Assembly (NCBI GenBank): GCA_032718475.1
Contig: JAUCBJ010004446.1
Coordinates: 1 to 33,920, forward strand
DNA length: 33,920 nucleotides
Source of the DNA: Nemertoderma westbladi
Lineage: Eukaryota; Animalia; Xenacoelomorpha
Reading direction: 5' to 3'
Made by a program: the position numbers and the translations under genes. The notes below the pieces were generated by a model. That model was not told where the DNA came from. It saw only the letters and a program-made list of their open reading frames with translations, and ran no database searches. Position 1 is the stretch's first letter. Every line of letters starts with the position of its first letter. Of this stretch, positions 1 to 12,033 are shown in pieces.

Positions 1-603
1 AACATACAGAGTCTCTCTTCCAGGCGCTCAGCCATCTGCTTAATAACTTTTTATAAAATTATTAACAAGTTAACTCCGGAGTACTTATTTTCCAGAATCC
101 CAATTACAGTAGGGCAAAACCCATCACATAGTTACCCTCTCAGAAACAGCGCCAACATTTCCCAAATATCGTACCGTAAAGACCTTTATGGCAAATCTTT
201 CTTTCCAAACACTATAAAAAAATGGAACGATCTCCCTTTTTCAACACGTTCACTCCCTCTCCCGACGTTTAAATCCCGACTCATTTCAAATAATGTTATC
301 AAACCATTTTACTGTGTTGGAACCCGCAAATTTCAAATCATTATCTGCCAGTTGCGACTGCGGTGTAGTGAATTATCTGCAGACATGGTATCCAGGCACC
401 TTCAGGACTCACCTGAGTGCACCTCATGCGGTGCTGCCACAGAAAACGCCTTTCACTTTTTTATAACTTGTCCGAGTTACTCTGGTGCCCGCCGTACACT
501 GAAGGTTGGGTTGGAAGCCATGGGGGCTTCACTGTCATTAAACTCTGTTTTAGAGGGACAAGGTATATCTGCGACCGATTACAACATTATTTCTCCCTTC
601 TAA
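1..603 (+). mobile_element. CR1/L2-group LINE, C-terminal part of ORF2 (runs off the window start)
   Basis: Frame 1 is open from base 1 to TAA at 601-603: SLSSRR..LITFYKIINKLTPEYL..YPLRN..KSFFPNTIKKWNDLP..QLRLRCSELS..CTSCG..ENAFHFFITCPSY. These are typical post-RT motifs plus a C-terminal C-C-H-C zinc knuckle. Confidence 0.8.
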
Positions 604-1043
604 ACACCTTTATTGTCTCTACTCAGCGTTTTCGGCTACTTTCACAATAAAACAAAACCATTAGCCCAAAATATTTACTTACTTGCTTGCATATATACCT
701 TTTCCCTTCAACTGTCTTTGTTAGCTAATTAAATAGATTCATTTGGTAATGTAAATTAAATTTCACTGTATGTTGCTACATTATATTATTTTTATTTTTT
801 ATGTTTATTGATGTGCCTTCTATTTTGTGGCTTGGTTGTGAGTCAGCGCGCCCGTCGGTCTAGTATATTTTTATTTTATAAAGTTTATTGTTTACCATAT
901 ATTTACAACTGTCACTCCTAGCAACTCTAATCTGATATAATAACTAAGCTGGATATAGGGCCTTATCTGTCCGAATTGTTATTGTTATTGTCAATTGTCA
1001 TAATGTGACCCTGTTAAGCTTAATTCAATATACAGTCCTACCG

Positions 1044-2004
1044 CTAGAGAAAAAAAAAAAAAAACTGGGTTCCAGCCGAAAACAATTCATTTCCAGAGAT
1101 AAAATCCAGAAGATGGACGGAATTTCGGTTAACACTATTGCTATAGACGCAGGGCGATGTAGGTGATCGATGCAGACTTGCATTAAAGTCTCCCAGGAAT
1201 GTAAAGAATGCATGCTGATCCACTCCATCAGTAGCTGCTTGTAGATTGTGGTAGAAATTTTCCACCTCCTCTAAAGAAAAGTAGAAAGGTTGGAAAGTAG
1301 CACACAATCAGAACCACCTTAGGAAACTTCTTAGCCAGTCTTCCAGAACATGAGAAGTGGCAACGGATGATGCGGTTAAATATTTGGTCCATTTTGTCCA
1401 ATGCTGCATGTGCAGTTGGATTCATCAATAGACCAATTCCACCATTGCCACTATCATCTGCTGACGCGAGGGCGAGTCGCCAACCGCCCCTCATGTCCTT
1501 AATCAGAACCTCATCAGTCTGTCCAGTCTGCATTCGGTGCTCTTGAACACCTACTGTGCTAAGAGAAAGCTTATCTGCCAAGGCAGTCAGCTCACCTTGT
1601 CGCATTGCGGACCCGAGTGTTAGGGTGTGTACTGAGGCTAATCTAGTAACTTGCCTCAGATTCACCAATGGCTTTGTTGGTCGGAGTGGAACATGAGAGT
1701 AGCCTCCAACTCCAGAATCCCTCTCCCCATCACAATCTGGCCTCCCTGGTGACCCAGGGTTTGGGCCTGAAAGTTCGTCAGGGAAGTGACTCAAAGAATT
1801 GTTGGCTGCTGTCTCCCCAGTAGGGGGTGAGACAGGCAGCCGGTCAGGAGATAACTGACGCCTGTGAGGCCGATTGTGTCCGGTAATTCCACTGGCCTCT
1901 AATGGCCGGACCTCCGCATTACTAATGTAATCCATAGTGGGGGTTGGGGGGTGCTTTTTTGCAGAGTCAGCTCTCGGGGCAAATACCACACCCTGGTTTG
2001 CCAT
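1044..2004 (-). mobile_element. RTE-clade LINE 5' portion, frameshifted AP-endonuclease domain, 3'-truncated
   Basis: ORFs 1228-2004 and 1044-1307 together give APE motifs VGVQEHR, GNGGIGLLM, RII, IVCYFPT, ENFYHNL, LGDFNA and NRNSVHLLDF. The GC-rich 5'UTR-like sequence probably extends to about 2390. Confidence 0.75.
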
Positions 2005-3601
2005 TCCACAGGGTGGGTGTCGCAGTGGAGTCAGATATCAGGCCCATCACCCATATCTACTCTGGCGCCAATGACCCACCATTGGCTGTGCAGCTCATCT
2101 GCTGGGTCATGCCCTGTAACCCTGCTGTCAGGTGCAGGTCGCAGTGAAGTGCACTCAGAGTGGACATGAGAACACTCTACTCCTGACCAGCCATTGGTAG
2201 ATCACCATCTACCTGGCCAGGCCATATACCCCTGCAGCCAAGTATATGGGTCCTTAATCCAGGACCAAGGGCGTCCTTATCCCGGAACGAAGGGGGTCCT
2301 AGTTACAGGACCAGATTTGCCCTAGTAAGAGGGTCTATGCAGCTACATGTGGCACCTCCTTTATGCTGCATGGAGGTGGCAAGTTTTCTTGATCAATGAC
2401 CTAGAATACTTGACCTGATAATATAAAGCCGGCATAGCTTTCTACACGTATAGGATGGATGGAGGTTCACGGCTCGTGCATACTGATTAACCAGAATGCA
2501 GGATGCAGCCATTTTACTATCGGTACTGTGTAATACTATAGTTGTAGCAGTGGCCGATACAAAATAAGTGTTGACAAGAATGCCGGAAGCTGGTTTGTGC
2601 TGGAATGTCTGCCAAAAACCTACTATACTTACTTATAGATACAAGATGGACTAATGGTGCAAAAGACCATACAGTACATCTACATGTTTAGTGGGTTTAA
2701 ATATTCGGTACATAACAGAACTCGGGGTCTTAAGTAACACTAACTTTCTGCTACTTTTCACACAACAGTGTAAAATAATTGTTCTAAAATTAAACTTTTA
2801 CGGCTAAGGATTGCAGTACTGTCTCACAAAATAAATTGCGTATTATCATATTAATACGGCTAAATACATTACATACAGTACACAGTTGTACTGTATGTAT
2901 GCTTACTTCGCTTTTTTTGTGGTGATTGTGTGAGATGTGATTTTTCTTGCTTCGTGAATGGGCATTATATAATTTCCATCATGTGAGTGGACCAGACTTT
3001 ACAAACAATATCTCAAGCTACATATGCAGTAGCCCCCTACTGTACAGTAGTTTCAGAACTTTCTGCACAAAATTATAGATAAGATGTTAATAAAATCCTT
3101 CCTTTATTAAATTTGTAAATTTTTAAAACTGCTATTTTCCCACCAATGTTCCCTGCAAAGAAGCATATTAAATTAAAATTATTTGCAATAATAGCGGAAT
3201 GGTAAAAAATTAAATTGATGAAAATTACATTAGGGGAAAGGAAAGGGGCAGTAGCAAGGCGATACCGGTACCTAATACAGGCCATGCATGACATGGGAGG
3301 CCTACGCAATATTACATTACATGGGAGGCCGACTTTGTAGAACCGTTAGGAACCATAGAAATGCATCAAATTTCATTACTTATCCTAACTTTTATCCGAG
3401 AATCTTTTAAGACTATTTTTGTTTTCAACAGTTTGCTACTTTTCCGTGGGTTACCCATTAGGCCTATTTAAGGGTATAACTTTTCGCTTTTTAACTATCC
3501 GTATGCATTCGCCGTATCCGTATGTGTTGGCAAATATACCAAAGAGCTAACTTTACAAGCTCTTTTTCCGTTATTGTGCTTAACTTTTCCAAAGTGTTAA
3601 C

Positions 3602-3990
3602 TCAAAGTGCTAACTCGTGGTCCTTGCAATCTGAAACTTTGTCAAAACTATTTTTAGACCATTTCCAACATGTTAGCATTTTACCACTTTTGCAGTCCAG
3701 TTTGTCATGTGTATGTAAAACATGGCCCCCCTTAGCGTTGAGAAGTGATCCAGATGCTGTGGTGAGTTTTATTAGAGTTAATTGCCACACGGAGTCTTTT
3801 ACTACTTCAGGCCTAATAACACTGACTTGTGATCCCGTGTCAATTAGAAATTTTGTTGATTGCGATACGACACCGTTGAGTATTACTGCGGTGAGTAAAT
3901 AATACGGCAGCATTATTACCCTCAGTGTGTGCTGCATTAACCCTGAGGGTGCCTAGTTTTCCGAAGGTGAGTTTGAACGCGACGGTTGAC
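3602..3990 (-). pseudogene. Gypsy-like LTR retrotransposon relic: gag end plus aspartic protease fragment
   Basis: Retropepsin motif FLIDTGSQVSVI followed by IKLTTASGSLL. It is preceded on the - strand by TCGGAAAACTAG, resembling a gag stop with a GGAAAAC slippery site. Confidence 0.6.
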
Positions 3991-4004
3991 GAGAGGATGG
4001 TGCC

Positions 4005-4533
4005 AGTTGGAAATCACCGAGAATTAATCGGAAACTTAAGGTCCGATTATTTAGAGCAGCAGTAGTTCCAGTACTCCTCTATGGGAGTCCATGCTTGGCT
4101 ATAACTGCAGAGGACACCAAATCCCTGGATGGCACATTCACAAGAATGCTACGCCGGGTTCATTGTGTAAAGCACAATGCACACATCTCCAACTAGGCAC
4201 TATATAACATTGGAGGTGTTTCATTGGTTCCCCCAAGCTTGACACTAGAACAAAATCGCCTCCGCTTTGCAGGACATTGTTTTCGCCGTGAGGACCAGCC
4301 AGTGCATAATCTTGTACTTTGCAGCCTCATGGAGTGAATAAGCATGGTGGACAGCCCATGACTTTCTTGAGACGCATCTTAAAGGACACTGGCCTTGAAG
4401 ATGCGGATTATCTAGCAAATGTCATGGGTGATAGGGAGTTGTGGCGGCGCAATTTTGTCGACAAGCCGGCACAGCATTCTTAAAAATGCAGCTGCAATGC
4501 AGCATGCCGATCCTAGTAGTAGTAGTAGTAGTA
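4005..4533 (+). mobile_element. 5'-truncated RTE-clade LINE 3' end with (AGT)n tail
   Basis: Translation WKSPRINRKLKVRLFRAAVVPVLLYGS..LDGTFTRMLRRV..RLRFAGHCFRREDQPV..DRELWRR, with a stop and frameshifts. It ends in an (AGT)n microsatellite at about 4515-4532, typical of RTE 3' ends. Confidence 0.8.
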
Positions 4534-4930
4534 TATCATGAGTACAGTATATAGTAGGCCTATTATTAAATTATCGTATAAACAATTATTTGCAATTTGT
4601 GAGTGTGTTGTGTGTAGCCTATATGTGTAGTTATTTAATTAGCCAAAGAAAGCAGTAGCATAGCTAGTGTTGCTTTTTTTGGTCTAAAAGAAAAAAATCA
4701 AAAAAAATCGTGACATTCTAGTTCGATACCATCCAAAAGAGCACTCTACATCAAGCGACAGTATGTCTTGTTGATGGAAAGGGATTGCGTATAATGAGTT
4801 GTGTTTATGGTGGTTGTACACATGCAGATAAACTTCGGTATAATTAGTTTATTTCAGTCAGGTTGTTATAACAATCGAGGTTACGGCAAGCGATAATTAG
4901 GGCAAACGATGATGACGATAAATAAACAAT

Positions 4931-5752
4931 TTAGATGATGACAGTGATTGGTTGTTGGTTGAATCGTGATTAGATGATGACAGTGACTGGTTGTTGGTTG
5001 AATCGTGATTAGATGATGACAGTGACTGGTTGTTGGTTGAATCGTGATTAGATGATGACAGTGACTGGTTGTTGGTTGAATCGTGATTAGATGATGACAG
5101 TGACTGGTTGTTGGTTGAATCGTGATTAGATGATGACAGTGACTGGTTGTTGGTTGAATCGTGATTAGATGATGACAGTGACTGGTTGTTGGTTGAATCG
5201 TGATTAAATGATGACAGTGACTGGTTGTTGGTTGAATCGTGATTAGATGATGACAGTGACTGGTTGTTGGTTGAATCGTGATTAGATGATGACAGTGACT
5301 GGTTGTTGGTTGAATCGTGATTAGATGATGACAGTGACTGGTTGTTGGTTGAATCGTGATTAGATGATGACAGTGACTGGTTGTTGGTTGAATCGTGATT
5401 AGATGATGACAGTGACTGGTTGTTGGTTGAATCGTGATTAGATGATGACAGTGACTGGTTGTTGGTTGAATCGTGATTAGATGATGACAGTGACTGGTTG
5501 TTGGTTGAATCGTGTTTAGATGATGACAGTGACTGGTTGTTGGTTGAATCGTGATTAGATGATGACAGTGACTGGTTGTTGGTTGAATCGTGATTAGATG
5601 ATGACAGTGACTGGTTGTTGGTTGAATCGTGATTAGATGATGACAGTGACTGGTTGTTGGTTGAATCGTGATTAGATGATGACAGTGACTGGTTGTTGGT
5701 TGAATCGTGATTAGATGATGACAGTGACTGGTTGTTGGTTGAATCGTGATTA
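4931..5752. repeat. 39-bp minisatellite, about 21 near-identical copies
   Basis: Unit TTAGATGATGACAGTGACTGGTTGTTGGTTGAATCGTGA with only isolated single-base variants. Confidence 0.97.
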
Positions 5753-5924
5753 AAATGGATTGGATTAATTGTGAAGATATCGGAATTATTATTTGTTAAT
5801 TACTTATTAAAATTCCATTAATATTTATTTAAATTTTATTTTGTATTTTTTATTTATTTATTATTAGTGTAGTGAAAGGCTATTTAATAGGGAGATTTGA
5901 AATTTTATGGCTAATGAGTGACTT

Positions 5925-6135
5925 TGTGGGGCGAGCCACGAAGTGAGTGAACCTTAGCGTAGGGGTACCATTAATCAACCTGTCGTTCTGTCGCGTTTTT
6001 TTTCAGTATTTTATTTTAAACGTTAATAACTCGGCCAATCCTTGATGAAATCTATCCAAACTTGGTACACATGTTGTTTGGCAAAAGTTTGAAAATTTTC
6101 CAAGTAGAATTTGCGTGGGGCCTTCGTGCAGCATC
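5925..6135 (+). mobile_element. Short non-autonomous dispersed repeat (Helentron/DINE-like, family uncertain)
   Basis: Begins GTGGGGCGAGCCACGAAGTGAG, also present inverted at about 24304-24325. It contains CCAAACTTGGTAC and ends GTGGGGCCTTCG(T/C)GCAGCA, also seen at about 7511-7530 (-) and 23841-23859 (+). Confidence 0.5.
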
Positions 6136-7544
6136 AGTGTAACTGTTATTGCAGTTATAATAAATTTATTTATCCAAATTTAAAATGCGTTAAATTATTA
6201 TTACTGTAGGATAAATCAGATGGGTTTCTGACAAATTTTGCAATACATTGGGGCTGTCTGCATGTACCATGTGTACCGGTACTGTCAGGCTGTACTCAAT
6301 CCCTGAATCGAGAATCCTGCAATCAGTCAATACTGCAATACTGGTCAGCCGGTACCATACACTGCAGACATGCCATATCATGTAATCTAATTAAACATGG
6401 CCCCGGCAACCCTTGCGGTGATTATAGTTTAGGCCTAATTAGCCCAGTACCGGCACCGGTAATAATAATATAATAGTTTAGATAGTTACTGCTAATCATT
6501 CAGTCATTGGCACGGTACACCGTATTGCTGTACTGCCGTTGTAGTGCGCACCGTAGGTACCACCCTACTACCGGTACCGGCTGACCGGTGCCAACTAGCA
6601 CTTCAGCACTTGCAGACTTGCACAGCAACAGCACTACCGGCGATACACAGGTTGGAATTTATGTAGAGTTTGCTCAACAGTACAGATATAAAATAGTTAT
6701 CTAAATTATATACAGTATATTACTGTACTATTGACAAGTATTGAAATATATACCGTTATTCGTGTTATCAGTATTTGCAACATCTGACATTGAAGAGGTG
6801 AGAGAAGATGAATACCGGCACTCAACAAAACCAACGCTTATCACAGGTCGGTTGGTTACCTCGAAACCGGCGCGACTGTCCACTCGAATACAACTTCAAA
6901 ACATAAACGCCAACAAATAAACTCAAAGCGAATCGAACGTCTTCAGAAGAATCTGTCATTGGGACGAAGAAAAGGAAGCCGAAACCACGGGAATGGACCA
7001 CAGCTAAGATTGAATGCTCCCATTGTCAGAGTTCCTGGACCGAAATTGAAACACCAATTGCCGATGGGCTTGATCTCTCAAACCAAAACTTCCTCTGCGG
7101 GGTTTGCGCGGCAGTAATGATTGAAAGTCTGGAAGCTGGCATCCCTAGGTATTATTATTATAAAGAGCGTCAGCCTGCGTTTAATAAATATATTTTAATA
7201 CAAAACAGGTCGAACGCAAAGAGGCTTATAATGAAGACGAGTACTGCATTGATTATATTCCTATAAACCACATGGCTTCGCATATTGAACGTGCGTTTGG
7301 AAATAAGTTCGTGCTACCCTTCCGTGGGTGGTAGATGTCGCGGTTATGTATTGGTGGGTGGGAAGGGAGGGGGGGGGGGGTGCAGATTAAAAGGGGTGAA
7401 CACGTACTGTCCCCCTTTCTTTGATTAATTGGTGGTGTGGGTTAATCTCTCATAACCTGATTTTGTGATACAGTCGCACAATTTTAATTTGTATCTCATA
7501 ACTGGGCCTCGTGCTGCGCGAAGGCCCCACGAACGTGTAATTGA

Positions 7545-9360
7545 CTTACATTGTTTTATTTCCATGCTTAGTGAGTTCCATATAATAGTTCCTCTGTATT
7601 TTAATGAATTTTGTGTGGACTGTAATCTAGTACGGGGAATAAAATAGTTCTGCATTGTTGTGGATCTAGTAGCGTGATTGTGAATTTTGGATGTTTGTGT
7701 GAATTGGGTTGAGATGAAATCTTTCTTTTTATTATTATGAATCTCCCACATTAGTTTAGCTACTTCTAATTTATACAGTTTTTAAATTGGTAAAATATTT
7801 AGGGACTTGTAAATCGGGTTGGAGTGCGCTTGGTAATGATTGAAGGTGATTGCGCGTAATATTTTATTTATTTTGATTAGAATAGGGTTTATATATTTGT
7901 TATAAGAGTTGCCCCATAGTACTATGCCGTATAATATGTAAGGATGGATGAGTGTGAAATATAGCATTTTTAATATATTTAAAGGTAAAATGTGTCGAAT
8001 TTTGAAGAATATACCGCAGGATTTATAGATTTTCTTTAGGACATAGGCCCAGTGATTTTTCCATGTTAATTTATTATCGATCCATATTCCTAAAAAATTT
8101 GTTTCATTTTTGATGGCAATATTTATATTATTTATTTTAACGCTGTTTATTTGGTTTCTTTTTTTGTTTGAAAATATTAGGTATTCCGTCTTCTTTAGAT
8201 TTAGTGATAGTTTGTTATCAGCGAGCCATCCGTCCAGTTTCTGTAGTTCGTTATTTACAGTAGATATTAAGGTATTAGTATTGTGGTGTGTGTACACAGT
8301 TGTAGGTTTGTATCGTCGGCAAAGAGTTTAGTAATTAGTGATGTGCAATTCGGTAGGTCAGTAATGTATAGTAAGAATAGAGTACTGCTTAGAATTGCGC
8401 CTTGAGGTGTGCCACATAGTGGGGTAAGTGGTCCGGAGTTTGTATTATTAAGAACAACTACAGTATGTGTGACCTGTCTATAAGGAAGCTATTTAGTAAT
8501 TTGTGAGGAAGGCCTCAGGATTCCGTAGCTGTCTAAGTTTTTCAAAAGTATATTGTGGTTTAGGGTATCGAAGGCCTTCTTCAAGTCAATCGAGATTAAA
8601 CAACCTGCGTCCTGTGTGTTCAGAGTGTCTTGTAGGCGTTCAGTAATTGTAAGTATGGCGTCGGTAGTTGTAGATTTTTTTCTAAAGCCGTATTGTGAGT
8701 CAATCAGTATTGAGTTCTTGTGTAGGTAACTAATTAATTGAGTATTAATTATCCGTTCGTATATTTTGCTGAAGAGTGTTAGTACACAGATGGGACGGTA
8801 GTTATTCTTATCAGTGGGAGCTCCTGCTTTAAATACTGGTGTAATTTTTGCTTTTTTTAATATTGTGGGGAAGACGCCATATTGTATAGATATATTGATT
8901 AAGTGTGTTAAATGGGGTGCTAACTGCTAAGTTATATGCCGCGATTTTTATTAGTTTGAAGGGGAGGGTGTCAGTAATGGAAGGAGTTTGCTTTGCGGTG
9001 GTTGATGAATCGTGTTGGATTTCTGTTTGTCTTGGGGTTTTTTCTGCTAGTTTGGGGCCTATGTTTGCGAAGTGTTCATTGAATGTATTTGCAATATGTT
9101 TTGGATCAGTTGTTGTTTTTGTCTGGCCTGATGAAGTACAGTAGTACATGTTCATTTTTTCGGAGAATTTAAGTTTTTTGTTTTATTGTTATTTATAGTT
9201 TGCCATGTTTTCTTTGTGTTGTTTTTATTTTTCCTAAATTCTTTAGCGAAGCATTTTTGTTGCGCTGTTCTAAGTGTTTTTGTAAGTTCGTTCCGGTATT
9301 TTTTGTAATGGTCACTGTAATGGCTGGGAATATTTTTTGCTCGGTTGGTCGTAGCTTGGG
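7545..9360 (-). pseudogene. Degenerate CR1/L2-group LINE reverse transcriptase
   Basis: RT motifs in order across frameshifts: IANTFNEHFANIG, NYRPI, YGFRK, IDLKKAFDTLNH, CGTPQG, LFADDTNL, WLADNKLSLNLKKT, FLGIWIDNKLTW, LYFTLIHPYILYGIVLWG, IWNSL. Confidence 0.88.
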
Positions 9361-9384
9361 CAATATTTGTGTGAAAGATAGCTT

Positions 9385-9616
9385 GAGAACAGCTGATTCT
9401 TCAAACGGGTCTGTTGATAAATTGGATAAAAACGAACGCCATTTAATCGCTGCCCGAACAGAGATTGATGTTCAAATCTTAACATCGATATGTTATTATC
9501 ATCGTAGGAATTATCTTAGCAACTATTCAAACATCCAAAGAAAATGCTGTGATCCCTTTGCTCATCACGCTAAGAAGCCTGTAAAAACTGGATTGAGTGA
9601 ATTTGTTATTGATTAA
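9385..9616 (+). pseudogene. DNA-transposon transposase N-terminal fragment (Sola2-like, tentative)
   Basis: The Cys/His pattern ICYYH..QRKCCDPFAHHAKK is recalled from Sola2-type transposases. A possible matching terminus (GAGTGATTCCA on the - strand) lies at about 11609-11619. Not verified. Confidence 0.3.
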
Positions 9617-9964
9617 TTGATTATTTGATATTCCATATAATTCCATGTGCCAGTCTCTCTGTTTATATTTGTTGTTATGAAATATTAAATTTTGTTAATA
9701 TGATTTTACATGTCACTTTTGCTTTATCTTTCACTTTTGATTTAAATTCGTTATATATTTATATATATTTAACTTAAGGGGGGGGGGGGGGGGGGGGGTA
9801 AAAATTATACGAAATTAGACTGATTACTTCTAAAAATGAAACTGGAACCTGTTCTATTGAGTTTCGTTTATTGTTTTGGTTAGATTAACGTGTCACTGTT
9901 TACTCACAGTTTAAACATGCGATGAGGCACCGTTGGGCGATATAATTAGACTGTACCATGTCTG

Positions 9965-10358
9965 GTTTGCACCAGTGTCTGCACCATTGTCTGCACCAGT
10001 GTCTGCACCAGGTATCTGCACCATTGTCTGCACCAGTGTCTGCTCCAGTATCTGCACCACTGTCTGCACCAGTGTTTGCACCACAATCAGCACCACTGTC
10101 TACACCACTGTCTGCACCACTGTCTGCACCACTGTCTGCACCAGTGTCTGCACCACGTGTCTGCACCATTGTCTGCACCAGTGTCTGCTCCAGTATCTGC
10201 ACCAATGTCTGCACCAGTGTTTGCACCACTGTCTGCACCACTGTCTGCACCACAGTTTGCACCACTGTCTGCACCACTGTATGCACCAGTGTCTGCACCA
10301 CTGTTTCTGCACCACTGTCTGCGCCGCTGTCTGCATCAATGTCTGCACCAGTGTCTGC
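9965..10358. repeat. 12-bp minisatellite, about 32 degenerate copies
   Basis: Unit GTCTGCACCA(C/G/T)T with occasional 11- and 13-bp variants. It explains the six overlapping low-complexity ORFs here. Confidence 0.95.
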
Positions 10359-11872
10359 TTAACGTTTACACCCCCCGAAAGGTAACTATTCAACTGCTTT
10401 AGTTTTAACAAGGACGGCTGTCTCGAAAAATGTTCATCTAGATATTGAAGTCTTAAGTCGTCGTAACACCAGCAACCGAGCAAAAAATGTTGTCGAACCC
10501 CAAGAAAACAATCAAATTCCTTAGATACTTCATTACCTACCACTACCCGAGATTTTACATCTTTGTAAAGTCAAAGTCAGGTTGGGCCTCCACTATAAAT
10601 TATAATAGTGGGGGGAAGAGGATTATTTATATCTTATTAGACTTATTATATTAAAAGTTAAAATTTATGTTAATGTTAAAAACGTAACAAAATTATGTAT
10701 TTCCAAATCATAATCTATGTTAACATAACTAACTTGAGAATTTAAGTAGAACCGAAAGTTTAATCCGAGTGAATCAAGTTGCTGGAAGCCGAACTCTGAA
10801 CAGAGAAACAAAGTCTAACTAACTGGACTGCCGCTAAAAGCCTAAAGCAGAGCTGGAGCAGGGATCTCCAACAGAGAGGCGCTACTAGTTGGCTGTCAAT
10901 CAATGGGCGGTTTGTTTGAAGAAATGCCGCCCCGCACTAAACTTTGAATGTAAATTAAATCAACGCTAAAGCCCGTTATCTATTCACACTTTCTACATCG
11001 ATTTAATTATCTACAATGAACTTACATACCAAATATTAATTAAAAATTCATTTGTACAGGCACTTTTAAAAAACGACTTTTTGACATTTTTGCTAAATTA
11101 AATTAATTATAAAAACGCTTATATTGATAATTGATGTTTATAATAAATATAATCTGGTTTATAAATAGTGTATGTATAAAGTTGCCGCAGTGCTTGGTTA
11201 ATTATCTAATTCTGAAGTGAATAAAATTAACTATTAAATTGGGGTATATTATTGGAAAATATAAAATATGACCAAATTAAAGTAAAAAATAAAATTGGTT
11301 TTAAAAATTGTTGTTCTTCGGGCTTTCAGTAGCAAACAGTACTACTCATATATTATAATTTGATGTGTGTTTGAAATCCTGGGGACTATGTACAGTACAC
11401 CAAAGTTACATGAAGTTTTATTTTATATAATATTGAATTTTATTAAAAACACGATATTTAAAATGGCCATAACTTCGGTTCTAATGAACCAAATTTGCTG
11501 AAATTTTCAACATAACTTAATAATAGCAATATCGTCAGACCCTGTAAATTTGGTAAAGATCGAATCATTTTAAAAAAATGAGTGCCACCAAGATTTGTCG
11601 AATTTGAATGGAATCACTCAGGTACATTTGTAAAAATTAATATTTTATTGTTATTCTGGCAATATTAATATCATAACATAACATACAGCTAGTCATTATT
11701 CATTTAGACATTCCGTATCCGTAGCATAGACGTATACTGGACCACAGTACTTAGTATGTAGTAAAGTAGAACGTAGTACATAAATACAAGGACTAGGCCT
11801 ACTGAAGTAGTCTTTAATATTTTTTCTATAATTCATATTCATATTGTAACATTTGAGTAATTTCAAAAAATG

Positions 11873-12010
11873 TGCACAGAGCCGGCGCATGATTTTTGCA
11901 CCCGGCATGGGCGTGGGTTTGCACAGAGCCGGCGCAGGATTTTTTGCACCCGGCGTGGTTTTGCTCAGAGCCGGCGCATGATTTTTGGCACCCGGCGCCG
12001 CGTTCGGCGC
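11873..12010. repeat. Three copies of a 42-47 bp GC-rich unit
   Basis: CAGAGCCGGCGCA(T/G)GATTTTT..GCACCCGGC occurs three times, probably the subterminal repeats of a non-autonomous element. Confidence 0.7.
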
Positions 12011-12033
12011 AGAAAATAAAACTTTTCAATAGG

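Noticed and set aside
9900-10543. His/Cys-rich or antifreeze-like repeat proteins
   Set aside because: All frames on both strands are open only because of a 12-bp minisatellite. There is no unique domain or splice support.
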